Part shown: positions 31,115-41,707 of the stretch, in pieces
How the letters are laid out: each line of letters opens with the position of its first letter
Numbering within the stretch: position 1 is the stretch's first letter
Position numbers and translations under genes: made by a program
From: an uncultured virus (IMG/VR IMGVR_UViG_2872485971_000002)
Taxonomy: Duplodnaviria; Heunggongvirae; Uroviricota; Caudoviricetes
Virus record (IMG/VR): IMGVR_UViG_2872485971_000002
Coordinates: 1-64,000 of that record
Length of the DNA stretch: 64,000 bases
Direction: 5' to 3' (one strand)
Notes under the pieces: model-generated
What the model was told of the DNA's origin: nothing
Database searches by the model: none
Seen by the model: only the letters and a program-made list of their open reading frames with translations

Positions 31115-32250
31115 TAAATTCCCCCTTCATCTGTGCCAATCTCAATTTTCCTTCTCATTAGCTCCTCTAGAGTTTCCTTTCCCTTGTCAGCTGGGCTGTC
31201 CTTATAATCCAGTAAGCCTTCATAATCCCACAAAACATACACACGAACATAAGGAGTAAATTTTGCTGCGAGCTTTAGAATTTTCTTCTGATATTCAACC
31301 AATTTTTCTTGATATTTCTCCTCTGTTTCATGTTCTTTTGGTGGTCGGTATTTATCAAGAGCGATAAAAACTTCTTCAACACCAAGAGACAATAAAATGT
31401 CCCGGTGAAAATTAGATATATTACTTGAACAAACAGCACAGGTAAAGTTTGATTCACCGTAAAAGTCTTGGCATTTTAATACTGATTTTTCTGATTCGAA
31501 AATCAAAACTTTCTTGAACCTTTCTATCGAATTTTTTGTTTTATGTAATCCATATAGATTCATCATTGTTTGATGGTTATATAAGATATTGCCAACTTTT
31601 AAAGGCATATATTTATAGCCTGCATCAACTTCTTCTTTAATCATTGAGCGCCTACGTATACCAATCAACCTATTATTTAAATCTCGATGAGGAATGGTAA
31701 TCCCTTCTGTATGAGGTCTAAAATAATACCCAATCTCAAACTCTTTTAATGTCTTGTGACTTATTCCCTCACCTAGCCACAATTGGTGAGGATAAGGCAC
31801 AAATACATCTAGAACCGTTTCATTAAAGCTGGGGAGCTCAATATGTATTTTTTTCTTCTTTTTGAACTTCCCCATCCATTCCCAGTCATCAATCAAATCA
31901 TTGTTTATGTATGTCTCTCTATTCCCAAATCCAAATGTTCTTCCTGCTATTTTGGCAACATATTCGATAGCCTGATTAAAAGAGATATTAATTCCTTTTT
32001 GGCTTTTTGCTCTTATAACAAGTTCGAATACATCAAAATTATCCCCACACTCTGTATAACAGTGAAACTGTTTTGCTTCATGATAGTAATACAGCTTATA
32101 GCTCCCACCAGAAGCATTGTGACAAACGGTTCTGTAAATTGGATTTCCTTGTTGATCCCACAGATTGTTCTCACTACCTAAATCTTTTAAAATCTTATGT
32201 ATATCCTCAATGGTTAGGCTTTCTTTTACTCTGTCTTTATCATACTTCAA
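31114..32250 (-). CDS. yorJ: DNA primase
   Basis: Zinc-binding CH...CYTEC; TOPRIM FESEKS, ALD. Confidence 0.85.
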   Translation of the reverse strand: MKYDKDRVKESLTIEDIHKILKDLGSENNLWDQQGNPIYRTVCHNASGGSYKLYYYHEAKQFHCYTECGDNFDVFELVIRAKSQKGINISFNQAIEYVAKIAGRTFGFGNRETYINNDLIDDWEWMGKFKKKKKIHIELPSFNETVLDVFVPYPHQLWLGEGISHKTLKEFEIGYYFRPHTEGITIPHRDLNNRLIGIRRRSMIKEEVDAGYKYMPLKVGNILYNHQTMMNLYGLHKTKNSIERFKKVLIFESEKSVLKCQDFYGESNFTCAVCSSNISNFHRDILLSLGVEEVFIALDKYRPPKEHETEEKYQEKLVEYQKKILKLAAKFTPYVRVYVLWDYEGLLDYKDSPADKGKETLEELMRRKIEIGTDEGGI

Positions 32251-32265
32251 AGGGCGCTACACCCC

Positions 32266-33780
32266 TCATCCTGCTTTTATATTCAATTTCTCAACTGTGA
32301 TTAGTTCATTGTCAAGATTTGTTGTGAAACAGTCCTTAATCCGCATGTTGCCCATATTGATATGGGAAAAGACTTTAACTTTGTCATACTCATTCCCCCT
32401 ATTTTTAAATACATGTGTAACAAAATTTGGCTCTGGATAAAATCCTTCTTTTAAGATTGGATCAATTGCATCCTTCTCTTTTTTACTTAAAGGAAGAATT
32501 ATCATTGCAGCATCTGTTTTATCTGCGATGGCTTTACTTCCTCTCAAGTAAGAAGCATCTATTACTTGTCCTTTTAACCATGCTTCTTTCCAATCACCAT
32601 TCAGCTGAGTTGCACTCATCATATAGACATCGTATTTGTTACATAAGCCTTTTAACTTATCCGACATAAGTAAAAGAATTTGGTCTTCCCTCAAGTTGAC
32701 ACCACTTTTTTTGCTCATCTCTGAAAAAATGGTTACTGATGAGTGAATATAATCGAAATAAACGTACTCTACATTGTTTTTAATGACGTTCTTTTCAATT
32801 GTTCTTTCAATCTCCTGAATATTAAAATCAGGCAGATGTTCGAACCATATGTTAGACTCTTGAAGAACCTTAGCAGCCTTACGCACAAGTTGTTTTTCTT
32901 GTTCATTGATTGTGTTTCTAAGGATTTTTTTCTCTTCTACACCACTAATGTAGGCAAGTGCTAAGCTTTGCAATTCTTCGGCCATCATTTCTGTTGAAAT
33001 AACCGTAGAACTTTCACTCCATGGGTTTGATACCCATTCCTTCTTTTTAGGATCATAAAGTTCGGTTGCACTTAAGCGACAAGCGTCAGCGACCATGTTT
33101 CTTGTTTTACCGCCACCTGTAATACTTGAGCGCAGATAGAACTTTTTCTTCCGTGATCCACGAAAAATTGAGGTGAGCATTTCGCTATTTAATGGAACTC
33201 CAATATCCGGCGACTCTTCGAATGAATCCAATAATTCATTAATACCTTCTCCGCCCTGGATTCCTACACTTTCAGATGAAGTTCTGAATTTTTCTTTTAT
33301 GTCTACAATCTTCATTTCATAAGCTGTCAAAATTTCATCAATCGACTTCTTATCAAACTGTTCTTGCATCTTTTCTTGTTCTTTTGGGTCAATCAGAGAT
33401 TCATCATATATTTCCTTAATATCGAATCCCAAGCCATCCATTTCTCTAAGTAGACTAAACTTTTTTAATCTTTTATAGTGGTAATCAAAATTTTCGACAA
33501 CTGCCAACTCTTGTATTTTTTCTATATAATCAAGACCCTTATTATCATGGAAAATTTTATATTGAATATCGTAATCCTTTAGATATCCATCTATTTCAAC
33601 GTCATTCAATACTTCAGTTCCTTGATGAAATAGGTTGCTCATGGCAAAAAATAATATTGAATGAAACCTTGAAGGAAAATCATCCGAAGTTATCTTATAT
33701 TTATTGCTCTCTGACAAGATTGTGGGATCTTTTAAAATGCTCCCTAAAACTTGAATTATTGCCTGTTTGTCTTGTAGCAA
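32266..33780 (-). CDS. yorI: DnaB-like replicative helicase
   Basis: GGGKT, STEM, FDYI, ATQLN. Confidence 0.9.
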   Translation of the reverse strand: MLQDKQAIIQVLGSILKDPTILSESNKYKITSDDFPSRFHSILFFAMSNLFHQGTEVLNDVEIDGYLKDYDIQYKIFHDNKGLDYIEKIQELAVVENFDYHYKRLKKFSLLREMDGLGFDIKEIYDESLIDPKEQEKMQEQFDKKSIDEILTAYEMKIVDIKEKFRTSSESVGIQGGEGINELLDSFEESPDIGVPLNSEMLTSIFRGSRKKKFYLRSSITGGGKTRNMVADACRLSATELYDPKKKEWVSNPWSESSTVISTEMMAEELQSLALAYISGVEEKKILRNTINEQEKQLVRKAAKVLQESNIWFEHLPDFNIQEIERTIEKNVIKNNVEYVYFDYIHSSVTIFSEMSKKSGVNLREDQILLLMSDKLKGLCNKYDVYMMSATQLNGDWKEAWLKGQVIDASYLRGSKAIADKTDAAMIILPLSKKEKDAIDPILKEGFYPEPNFVTHVFKNRGNEYDKVKVFSHINMGNMRIKDCFTTNLDNELITVEKLNIKAG

Positions 33781-33794
33781 ATGGACTCTCCTTC

Positions 33795-34265
33795 CTATAG
33801 CGTTGAGATATCAACTAGCCCTCTTTTCTTTCTCATTCCTTTTTTTATGACTAACGTAATTTCTTCTCTTTTATGATTCTTTGGGTCTTCAGCTGATTTT
33901 CGAATGGCTTTTTGTCTAATGTAATGCCGCTTTGCTTCATCATAAACAAATGGAACGATTCCAATGCCATCTCCTTCTCTGGGTTGATTATCTAAAGTTT
34001 CATAAAAGTATCTAAGCGCTAGCTCAATGCCTTTAAGCTTATACCCATATTCCTCTTGATACTCTTTAATTTGTTTCAACATCATGCCAGTTGGAGATGT
34101 AAGACCATATAGATTGCATATGTATTGAATTAACTCTTTTCTGTGATCTGATTCTTGCTTCCAGGTATTAAAACACTTTTCATGGTAATATCTTTTTTTA
34201 TAAGGAATTGCTGAGTCTTTGTCTAACTTGGTCTCGCAATAAGGACATTTAACTTGTCTCCCCAA
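33795..34265 (-). CDS. yorH: Zinc-finger replication-associated protein
   Basis: CPYC...HEKC. Confidence 0.75.
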   Translation of the reverse strand: MGRQVKCPYCETKLDKDSAIPYKKRYYHEKCFNTWKQESDHRKELIQYICNLYGLTSPTGMMLKQIKEYQEEYGYKLKGIELALRYFYETLDNQPREGDGIGIVPFVYDEAKRHYIRQKAIRKSAEDPKNHKREEITLVIKKGMRKKRGLVDISTL

Positions 34266-34307
34266 ATAATCACTCCTAATAAGGAGGAGAGAATAATCCC
34301 TCCTCTT

Positions 34308-35279
34308 TTATTCTGCTAGAAGGTCTTTTAGATCATCTAGAATTACAGACATGACACCTACTTGCTTACGGCTGCACTCAGTAACTTTTACACCCTTACC
34401 TAAATGTTTCTCTGTAATCTCATTAACTTCTTCTAAACGGCCTTCTTCATTAAGCTTCATGCCAATTTCTTTAATTTGATCCATTAATGAGTTGAAATCA
34501 AGTTCTTCTGAAGCGTTGTTTTGTTTTTGCTCTTCGTATGTAACAGCGACAATTCCTTCTGCTTGCTCCTGTCTTTCGACTGCCTCAATAATTGCTTTTT
34601 CTAAGTTTTCTGCAGTAAATTCAGGAAGGTATGTGTCAATGTAATCAAATCGGCTACGAGCAAAATGCTCTTCAGTTTCAGCTAACCAAGCACTTGATTT
34701 GATTACTTTTCTATCTTCATCAACACCATTAGAACTTAGATAAAGAACAATATCGCTGTTATCAATTACTGGAGCTAAAACTCGTTTATCCCCCTTCGGA
34801 TATACTTTGCCTTTTTTGTCTTCAGCAGCATGAGCAATAAAGATAACCGTAAATCCTACGCCAATTAATTTATTGATTTCTTCCCATACTTCAGTTTCAT
34901 ACTCTTTCCAAAGGCCAAACCCATCATTACCATCTTTAATCCGTTCTACATCATATTGCTCGCATACATATCTAGTCGCATATTTAGCAAAAGCGTCTAC
35001 TTCATCAACAATGATTGTCTGATACATTTCTTTGGCTTTTTCAGCATTTTTAGTTAACTGTTTGTTTACCTTTTTAAAATCAGCCCAACTATTGATAGGC
35101 ATGAATTGGACACCGGCAATGGCATTTAATCCTTTTTCGAATGGCAGATATAACGGTTTCTTCATCCGAGTGCTTTGCTTAGTTTTACCTAAGTTGTTAG
35201 AACCGTAGATTGTGATAACTTTTCCTTCTAATCCTTTTGCTACTACAGAAACTTGTGGGTTGAAAATATCGATTGCCAT
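34308..35279 (-). CDS. yorG: AAA_24/Sak4-like ATPase
   Basis: YGSNNLGKT, IIVDE, FIAH. Confidence 0.85.
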   Translation of the reverse strand: MAIDIFNPQVSVVAKGLEGKVITIYGSNNLGKTKQSTRMKKPLYLPFEKGLNAIAGVQFMPINSWADFKKVNKQLTKNAEKAKEMYQTIIVDEVDAFAKYATRYVCEQYDVERIKDGNDGFGLWKEYETEVWEEINKLIGVGFTVIFIAHAAEDKKGKVYPKGDKRVLAPVIDNSDIVLYLSSNGVDEDRKVIKSSAWLAETEEHFARSRFDYIDTYLPEFTAENLEKAIIEAVERQEQAEGIVAVTYEEQKQNNASEELDFNSLMDQIKEIGMKLNEEGRLEEVNEITEKHLGKGVKVTECSRKQVGVMSVILDDLKDLLAE

Positions 35280-35361
35280 TATAGTTCTCCTTTTATTTTG
35301 AATTTGTTGGGTGAGTCGGAGCTCACCCCAGTTATGTATTAGATTAATGATCTATTTTATT

Positions 35362-36276
35362 TTAGAAAGGGAGATCATCATCTGAAATTTCAACCGGCTT
35401 TGAAGGCTTGTTATTAGGAGCACTTCCACCAAAGCCAGACTTTTTATTGTTTTCATTGCTGCTTTCGTTCTTAAGTCCTTCTAGATAAGTCTCTCTTTCA
35501 GTCAATGCTTTTTTAATTACTTCTGGATTAAAAGCATTTTTACTATCTTCATCATAAGGATCGTTCCCACCTGTAACTAGATACTCTCTTTTTGTAATGG
35601 AGGTGATTTCTTTTTTGTCTTCTCCAAATGCAGCAGTTTTGGTTGTTACTTTTTGTTCTTTATAATTAATAATCTTTCCGAAGACATTAACCGTAGATCC
35701 TTTTTCATAATTGTTTTCAACATATTGAGAACCTTCCTTAGTCACTACAAATGTAAAAGGAATGACTTTCCCGCCATACAAAGGGATATAACCATTTAAA
35801 TTAACTCTTCCTGTTTCTTCTCCTTTTACTTTTTCTTCAGTTACATTTTTAACAAACAGTTCAACATCAAATTCAGCTTTAGGATTAAATTCTTCATTAG
35901 CATCCAGTCTGTTTACAAAGTTAGTGCTTAGCTGTGGGTATGCCTTTAATACTCCTTGAGAGTAATATTCATTTAATCCAATCTTACCTTGGGTGATTCT
36001 CACTTTATCAGCTTGATCTCTTCCATGTTCTGCGATGGACTTATAATCACTTATGATAGTTTGATACCCTTTGGCAATAGCATTATCTGTACCATCAGCT
36101 TTCTTATATTTTGAAAAGCCTTTAACTGTATGCACTTCGTTAGGTGCAACCTCAATATCTAATTCAATATTTAGTCCATTTCCATTTTTCCACTCAGTGT
36201 GTCTTACTTCTGCCAGAGTTCCTTCAAGTGTTACAACGTTTGATGCTTCACGTAATACCGTTTTGTTTTCTGTCAT
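35362..36276 (-). CDS. yorF: Single-stranded DNA-binding protein-like
   Basis: C-terminal [11 protein letters not shown] tail. Confidence 0.8.
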   Translation of the reverse strand: MTENKTVLREASNVVTLEGTLAEVRHTEWKNGNGLNIELDIEVAPNEVHTVKGFSKYKKADGTDNAIAKGYQTIISDYKSIAEHGRDQADKVRITQGKIGLNEYYSQGVLKAYPQLSTNFVNRLDANEEFNPKAEFDVELFVKNVTEEKVKGEETGRVNLNGYIPLYGGKVIPFTFVVTKEGSQYVENNYEKGSTVNVFGKIINYKEQKVTTKTAAFGEDKKEITSITKREYLVTGGNDPYDEDSKNAFNPEVIKKALTERETYLEGLKNESSNENNKKSGFGGSAPNNKPSKPVEISDDDLPF

Positions 36277-36297
36277 ATTTTTAATCATCCTCTATTT

Positions 36298-36669
36298 TTA
36301 TTTTTGTCTATTGTGATTTTTCTTTGAATATGTAATTTTGCTAAACTTGCAGTCTTTGATTCCAAGTTCTTTACTAAGTTCTATGTTCCTTCTTTTTGGG
36401 AACTTCCAATCATTTTGATCAGAAAAGCATCCTGATTTATTTACAATTTCAAATACCTGCTTTTTTCTGTTAACTTTGATTATCATATTTCCATAAGCGT
36501 ACTCTGTGCAAAATAAACGTTTTTTAACTCGCTCAGGATGAGTTTCTTTGACAAGTGAGACATTCCTTATCATCTTTAACAGTGCCTGATCAGGAGTAAT
36601 TGACTTGTTGCCTTTAACGTTTTCTCTGTAATAGCTTAATGCCTTCTCTGTTATCCCCAGTACCTCCAA
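36298..36669 (-). CDS. yorE: Hypothetical phage protein
   Basis: First gene after the SPBRE promoter. Confidence 0.75.
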   Translation of the reverse strand: MEVLGITEKALSYYRENVKGNKSITPDQALLKMIRNVSLVKETHPERVKKRLFCTEYAYGNMIIKVNRKKQVFEIVNKSGCFSDQNDWKFPKRRNIELSKELGIKDCKFSKITYSKKNHNRQK

Positions 36670-36701
36670 GTAGTTCGCCTCCTTCCCTTTAACTTGATTT
36701 T

Positions 36702-36730
36702 ATTATATACATATTTTTTATCTTTGTCTA
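36702..36730 (-). promoter_or_regulatory. SPBRE-type early promoter/operator
   Basis: TAGACA-N17-TATAAT on the minus strand. Related copies near 7037, 19884, 25385, 51931, 57456 and 59146. Confidence 0.75.
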
Positions 36731-36816
36731 TATGTTTTATAAACTTTTATATTTTTTATTTTTGTGTTTCATTCGCAATCTTTCTAATTCGAATAAAATT
36801 ATCATTTTATTAAGAG

Positions 36817-36843
36817 AAAGCCCAGTACAACTAGTGGGCTTTA
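36817..36843. terminator. Intrinsic terminator after the KAP NTPase gene
   Basis: AAAGCCCA-gtacaactag-TGGGCTTT. Confidence 0.65.
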
Positions 36844-36894
36844 TCGGGAAAATAGGGAAATAAATCGTTGTATTGCAATATTGAATTCAAGGAT

Positions 36895-38592
36895 TCAAGG
36901 TAAGTAATTACTTATTCTGTATTGCAACATTTTGTCATTGGAACAGTCTATACTCTCAATATAAGCAGCAAACTCCTCATAGAAACCCGCATTCCAATAC
37001 TTCCCTATATCTTTCATAACATACTTTATAAGGATACACCAATTCCAGTGGTCTTCTGTGATTCTACCTTTGGGGATTGAGAAAAAGAATTCATTTTCAC
37101 GAAAAGTTTGAAGTACTCTCTGTGAAATTGACTCATCTATATCACTTATTATTGATTCTTTAAAAATATCCAGGTATTTATTTTCGTTATATAAGCCCTG
37201 CATAAGACATTCTTCTATTTTTTTTAACAGGTTATCATAATACTCTCTTTCAATTGTATAGTTAATAGCATTTAATAAACTTCTCTCTTTTTCGCTTTTA
37301 ATTATAATACTATATAGGTTGATTCTATTTTCATATAGATTTTTTTCAATGTTAATTTCATTAATTATGCTTTTTTGTATTAAACTTATAATATCTTCAT
37401 CTTTCATTCCATAATCTATTGATAATACATTACACATTTCAAATGCATTCGATAGCAAAGAAATAATATCTTTAAGTTTCTCAGCACCTGTTAACTCTGC
37501 GATAAATGTCTTAGAGTAGCTAATAAAACTGTAAAGTTCTTCTTCAGATGAAAAAAAGATCCCGGCTTTATGTTTATATGAGTTGATCAAATTAATTGAA
37601 CTGATTATTTCTTCTCTAGGAAATGTTCCGTTCTCGAACCACTTCTTAATATGAAAAAATACACTTTTACACATCATATTGTCTAATGAATTTCTAAGGA
37701 CTTTATCAATTAAATACTGTATTTCCCCACTCTCTCCACCATTCTTATAGTAATCGTTGATTCTTTTATCATCTTGAAGTAAAATCATATTATTATTATG
37801 TTCGGTAACGAAAAGCACTGTCGCAAAACACATTTTATATAAATCACTTTTGGTAAACTTCTCGCTAAAGATATTTTCTCCAAGAACTTGGATTATTTCC
37901 TCAATAAATAATTTTGTTTTTTCAAATGTCCTTAAGTTCTTAAAATCAAAGCTATTACTTTTAGCAATTTCACATAATGCTTCCCAAATCTCATTCCCCA
38001 TTATTTCTACTGGTGCTTGACTTGCAAAATTTTCTATTGTATAAGTACGATCAATAGCTTTTTCTTGATAATTCATCAAGTTTTTTTTATCTTCACCTTC
38101 GAGCTGATCTATAGCAGCAATAAGCACCGTTTTAATATTATCTGTTTTTGAAAGGCTATCTACCATGCCAAGTATTTCTTTAATATTAAGTTCATCATGT
38201 TTTCTTTCTAAATCGTCTAACACAATGATAAGTTTATCTTTGCGATCTAATTCTTTATTAATAGTTTTAAATAAATTTTGTATAACAGGTAAAGATAAAG
38301 ACACTCCAAAATAAGAAATGTCCAAAGTATTTAATTTATTTCGTAAGATACTAAAATGTTTTTTTATTTTCCCTTTTGGTGCTTTTTCTATCATCAGAAA
38401 GTACAATTCTTGAAGTATGCTGTTAACATCCCTTTTTCCAAATAAAGATATATAACAAGCATTTGTATGATTCTTTATAAAGTCTGATACGTATTTTGTC
38501 TTTCCAATCCCCCAACTTCCATTAATCAGCACTCTTTTGTAACTTGACTCATTAAAAGATATTAAAACATCTACTATTTCATTTGCTTTCAT
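36895..38592 (-). CDS. KAP-family P-loop NTPase, about 565 aa
   Basis: INGSWGIGKT, YISLFG, IVLDDLER, NLRT; GGGAGG RBS. Confidence 0.85.
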   Translation of the reverse strand: MKANEIVDVLISFNESSYKRVLINGSWGIGKTKYVSDFIKNHTNACYISLFGKRDVNSILQELYFLMIEKAPKGKIKKHFSILRNKLNTLDISYFGVSLSLPVIQNLFKTINKELDRKDKLIIVLDDLERKHDELNIKEILGMVDSLSKTDNIKTVLIAAIDQLEGEDKKNLMNYQEKAIDRTYTIENFASQAPVEIMGNEIWEALCEIAKSNSFDFKNLRTFEKTKLFIEEIIQVLGENIFSEKFTKSDLYKMCFATVLFVTEHNNNMILLQDDKRINDYYKNGGESGEIQYLIDKVLRNSLDNMMCKSVFFHIKKWFENGTFPREEIISSINLINSYKHKAGIFFSSEEELYSFISYSKTFIAELTGAEKLKDIISLLSNAFEMCNVLSIDYGMKDEDIISLIQKSIINEINIEKNLYENRINLYSIIIKSEKERSLLNAINYTIEREYYDNLLKKIEECLMQGLYNENKYLDIFKESIISDIDESISQRVLQTFRENEFFFSIPKGRITEDHWNWCILIKYVMKDIGKYWNAGFYEEFAAYIESIDCSNDKMLQYRISNYLP

Positions 38593-38668
38593 CAAGGCTT
38601 GCCTCCCTACTAAAATACACAAACTAACTTAGTTTATTATACCTTATGTGTAAGGGCTAGCTTAATAT

Positions 38669-39049
38669 TTAAACAATTTCACTCCATAGCCACATATCCA
38701 TTGTTTGCAATGTAAAGCCGTCAGGCAGCTTCTTCATTTTCACATTTACATTGTATCTTCTTCCTGTTGTTTTATGTACAATAGCTAGTTCTTCACCATT
38801 AAAGAAACGTACAATGGCCTCATCAAATGCAATTGGCTGATTAATCACGTATCCCTCTTTTAATGCTCTGATAAACAAATAGGGGTCATTTTTATACAGC
38901 TCATAAAGAATGTTCGCATATTGTTCGCTTTTGTCTCTAAGTAGTTCGAAATTAATCAACGGTATGTATAAATCTTTGTCTGATAAATTTAATTTGGTTC
39001 TAAAGTATCTAATTGCTTCATCTTGTTCTACACTTAAAATATTGATCAT
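38669..39049 (-). CDS. yorC: Hypothetical phage protein
   Basis: 126 aa; synteny. Confidence 0.7.
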   Translation of the reverse strand: MINILSVEQDEAIRYFRTKLNLSDKDLYIPLINFELLRDKSEQYANILYELYKNDPYLFIRALKEGYVINQPIAFDEAIVRFFNGEELAIVHKTTGRRYNVNVKMKKLPDGFTLQTMDMWLWSEIV

Positions 39050-39099
39050 AAACCATTTCCTTTCTATTTTAATTAGAGGGAGGATGTCCTCCTCATGGG

Positions 39100-40176
39100 C
39101 TACTCAACAATTACATGTGATAATCCTGACTCTATTAATTTTTTTTCCAATAATGATATTTTATTATCTTTGTCCAATGAATTTGGAGTTGGGGCAACCC
39201 TAATTTTCTTTAAATTTTCAATTTTAAGAGGGATTTTTAAATAAAGATCATTGTTGAATCCCTTTTTATTTATTGGTATTGCTATGATTCTTGTTTCATT
39301 ATCTTGCCTAAACTCGTTGTCTTTCAAAAAGCAACATAATAAATTCATATGTGTAGTTTCTAGGATCTCTTTAGTTATAGGAGCATTACGTTTTAAGTTT
39401 ACAAGTTGCTCTTCGGTTAGTGGACTATACCTTTTAATTATTCTTTGCTCATTCATTTCATTTGTAAGAAACTCTACAATTGATTTAATATCCTCATCAG
39501 GATTAGTTATAAATTTATAGCTGTTCCTCCAGGATTTAAGCTTTAAAACGAAATTCTGGCTAACAATTTTTTGTAGTTTTTCTAACTCTTTTAATTTTCG
39601 AAGTAGGAACGTTCTTTTTTCATTATCGGTTAAATTTTCTACAGATATCTCTTGGAATGGCTTTACTGAGTTTAGCATTAATTTTTTCTCAAGTTTTTTT
39701 GAATCGAAGTATTTTATCTTTTCCTTTAATAAATAATGGTCACCATACTTATTATCAAATGGAACGTTATCAAACTCAAAAGAAATGTCTCCATAAGTAT
39801 TGTTATGAAATTCACTAAATGGTTTCTCTGTAAAACAAGTCAAATAAGAATCTTTTCTAAGTATTTCTGCAAGAACCGTCCCATTTACTTTCCCACTCTC
39901 CCATAATTCATTACTCCAATTACAATTGTGTTGGAATTGATTAAAAGAGGCTGAGCCTATATGGTTTATTGCATTAACTAAATGGTTATAGTATTCAACC
40001 GCTCTATGAGCTAAATTAAAATTTGACATATAATGATGAATCTCTTTTGAATCTGAAGTTTCTCCCACGGATTTTAACCATAATTGTTTACTTGCTAAAA
40101 TGTTACAAGCATTTTCAATTGTAGTGTGATGAATTAGCATATTGTTTTTTGACTTTTTCAATTTTTTCACCTTCAT
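39100..40176 (-). CDS. DUF2971-like protein (possible ADP-ribosyltransferase fold)
   Basis: HHTT..AxxIL..LWL...D..E, YLTCF, K..F..D/ENETRI pattern. Confidence 0.5.
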   Translation of the reverse strand: MKVKKLKKSKNNMLIHHTTIENACNILASKQLWLKSVGETSDSKEIHHYMSNFNLAHRAVEYYNHLVNAINHIGSASFNQFQHNCNWSNELWESGKVNGTVLAEILRKDSYLTCFTEKPFSEFHNNTYGDISFEFDNVPFDNKYGDHYLLKEKIKYFDSKKLEKKLMLNSVKPFQEISVENLTDNEKRTFLLRKLKELEKLQKIVSQNFVLKLKSWRNSYKFITNPDEDIKSIVEFLTNEMNEQRIIKRYSPLTEEQLVNLKRNAPITKEILETTHMNLLCCFLKDNEFRQDNETRIIAIPINKKGFNNDLYLKIPLKIENLKKIRVAPTPNSLDKDNKISLLEKKLIESGLSHVIVE

Positions 40177-40316
40177 TTTGAGCTCAATGTAATTGATAAT
40201 AACACTATTGTATCAAATATCCATCTCTTTGTATCAACAGATGTTACAAGGACTAAAAAATTTAAAACATCCTCTAATGAACTTTTTAAAACATTTATGT
40301 TAACTTTCATATTTTT

Positions 40317-40344
40317 TCTGGTTAAAATATCGTTTTTAACCAGA
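40317..40344. repeat. Perfect 11-6-11 palindrome of the same family
   Basis: TCTGGTTAAAA-TATCGT-TTTTAACCAGA. Confidence 0.75.
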
Positions 40345-40348
40345 TTAT

Positions 40349-41386
40349 TTAAAATATGTACTCGCCCATTTCTTCAAGCAATGTATTTTTATCATTGATT
40401 TTATTTATATTTAACATTAATTTCATATGTTCTTTATTATCGATTTCCCATCCTCTTTTAACAAATCGTAATAACCGCTTTGCAGAGCCAATTGGATTTG
40501 TTCCTTGTAGATTGTATATTAATTTATTTTGCTTAATTGCCTTTAGAGATTCTTCCTTAATAAAGAATTTATCTTCACTTGGATTGTAGAATGACATCGT
40601 ATGAATAAAGTCAAACTTATTTATCGTTTCAAGTGGTGATTCTCCATTATTAATTATCAATTGAATCTGAGAAGGGAAAGTGATCGCTCTTTGACTGAAT
40701 ACAATTGGCAGCATTTCATCATTGTCTTCAAAGCTTTTCACAAATTCTCTAGTCAGCCCAAGCCTTAGCTTTCCATCGTTTTCACTTTCCAAAAGGCATA
40801 ATTTATCATTTTTGTTGCTGACATGACTATTATGTAAACTGCTATAGTAATCTATTATTTCTTTTAGAGCTTCTTTGGAATCAATAAAAATATCGTAGTC
40901 TTTGGGACATTCTCCTTTAATCAAAGAAGCAATGCTTCCTCCTGAAATATACCCGTGTTTCTTTAATAATTCTTTAATACGGTTTTCTTTAATGCTCGAA
41001 GTAAAGGATTCAAGTTTAGCTTTCAGTTTAGTCTTAATCTTATTCAATTCTTCAATACTTTCATTTATATCCTTAGGCTCTGTTTCCTCAAGTGAATATC
41101 CGTAATCAGGATGCACCCAAGCTATAAAATATATATTATTATCTGATTCAAAGCTGGTCGATTTCATAAATAGATAATTAAAATACTCATATGCAGTGTT
41201 ACATTCAAACGGGAAGTTTCCAATATATTTTGTTTTCAATTCACGTTTAAAACAATTGAGATTCACTCTTCTTGAAGTATCGTAAAGCTCTACAGATTGA
41301 TCGTAAGGATCATAAACAATTGTGTAATTCTCTCTTCGATTAATATCCTCAACTTCAAATGCTTGCCTAGTGTACTTGTCTTTCAA
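40349..41386 (-). CDS. Pol-beta superfamily nucleotidyltransferase (CCA/poly(A) polymerase head-like)
   Basis: ISGGSIASL...PKDYDIF, QLI, FDF, R..RFVKRGW. Confidence 0.7.
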   Translation of the reverse strand: MKDKYTRQAFEVEDINRRENYTIVYDPYDQSVELYDTSRRVNLNCFKRELKTKYIGNFPFECNTAYEYFNYLFMKSTSFESDNNIYFIAWVHPDYGYSLEETEPKDINESIEELNKIKTKLKAKLESFTSSIKENRIKELLKKHGYISGGSIASLIKGECPKDYDIFIDSKEALKEIIDYYSSLHNSHVSNKNDKLCLLESENDGKLRLGLTREFVKSFEDNDEMLPIVFSQRAITFPSQIQLIINNGESPLETINKFDFIHTMSFYNPSEDKFFIKEESLKAIKQNKLIYNLQGTNPIGSAKRLLRFVKRGWEIDNKEHMKLMLNINKINDKNTLLEEMGEYIF

Positions 41387-41418
41387 TTCAATCCCCCATT
41401 TCTAATAAAATCTCTGTT

Positions 41419-41640
41419 TTATCTAGATCTTCTAATTTTATTTTTATCCAACAAATCAATTATGTAAGTCTCATACATGTCATCCCAATAAGGATTTGTT
41501 CTTGCTATGTACTTCTTTACTCTCCCATTCTCCTCAATCTTAAAGGTTTGCCCCTTTTGAATATCAGTGAACTTTTTCTTCCTCCAGATTCCCCTGATCA
41601 ACACTTCAACTTCTTTAACCTCTACTGTTTGCTGCATCAC
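41419..41640 (-). CDS. yoqX: Hypothetical phage protein
   Basis: ORF and synteny. Confidence 0.7.
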   Translation of the reverse strand: MMQQTVEVKEVEVLIRGIWRKKKFTDIQKGQTFKIEENGRVKKYIARTNPYWDDMYETYIIDLLDKNKIRRSR

Positions 41641-41707
41641 ATTCCTCCTTTTTGATTTTCATGCATCAAGCCTGTACAATATTCAAAAACCCTAAAGGAT
41701 GATGAAC

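Noticed and set aside
25526..32964. Numerous 60-120 aa plus-strand ORFs inside replication genes
   Set aside because: Antisense shadows of long conserved genes, without RBS or motifs.
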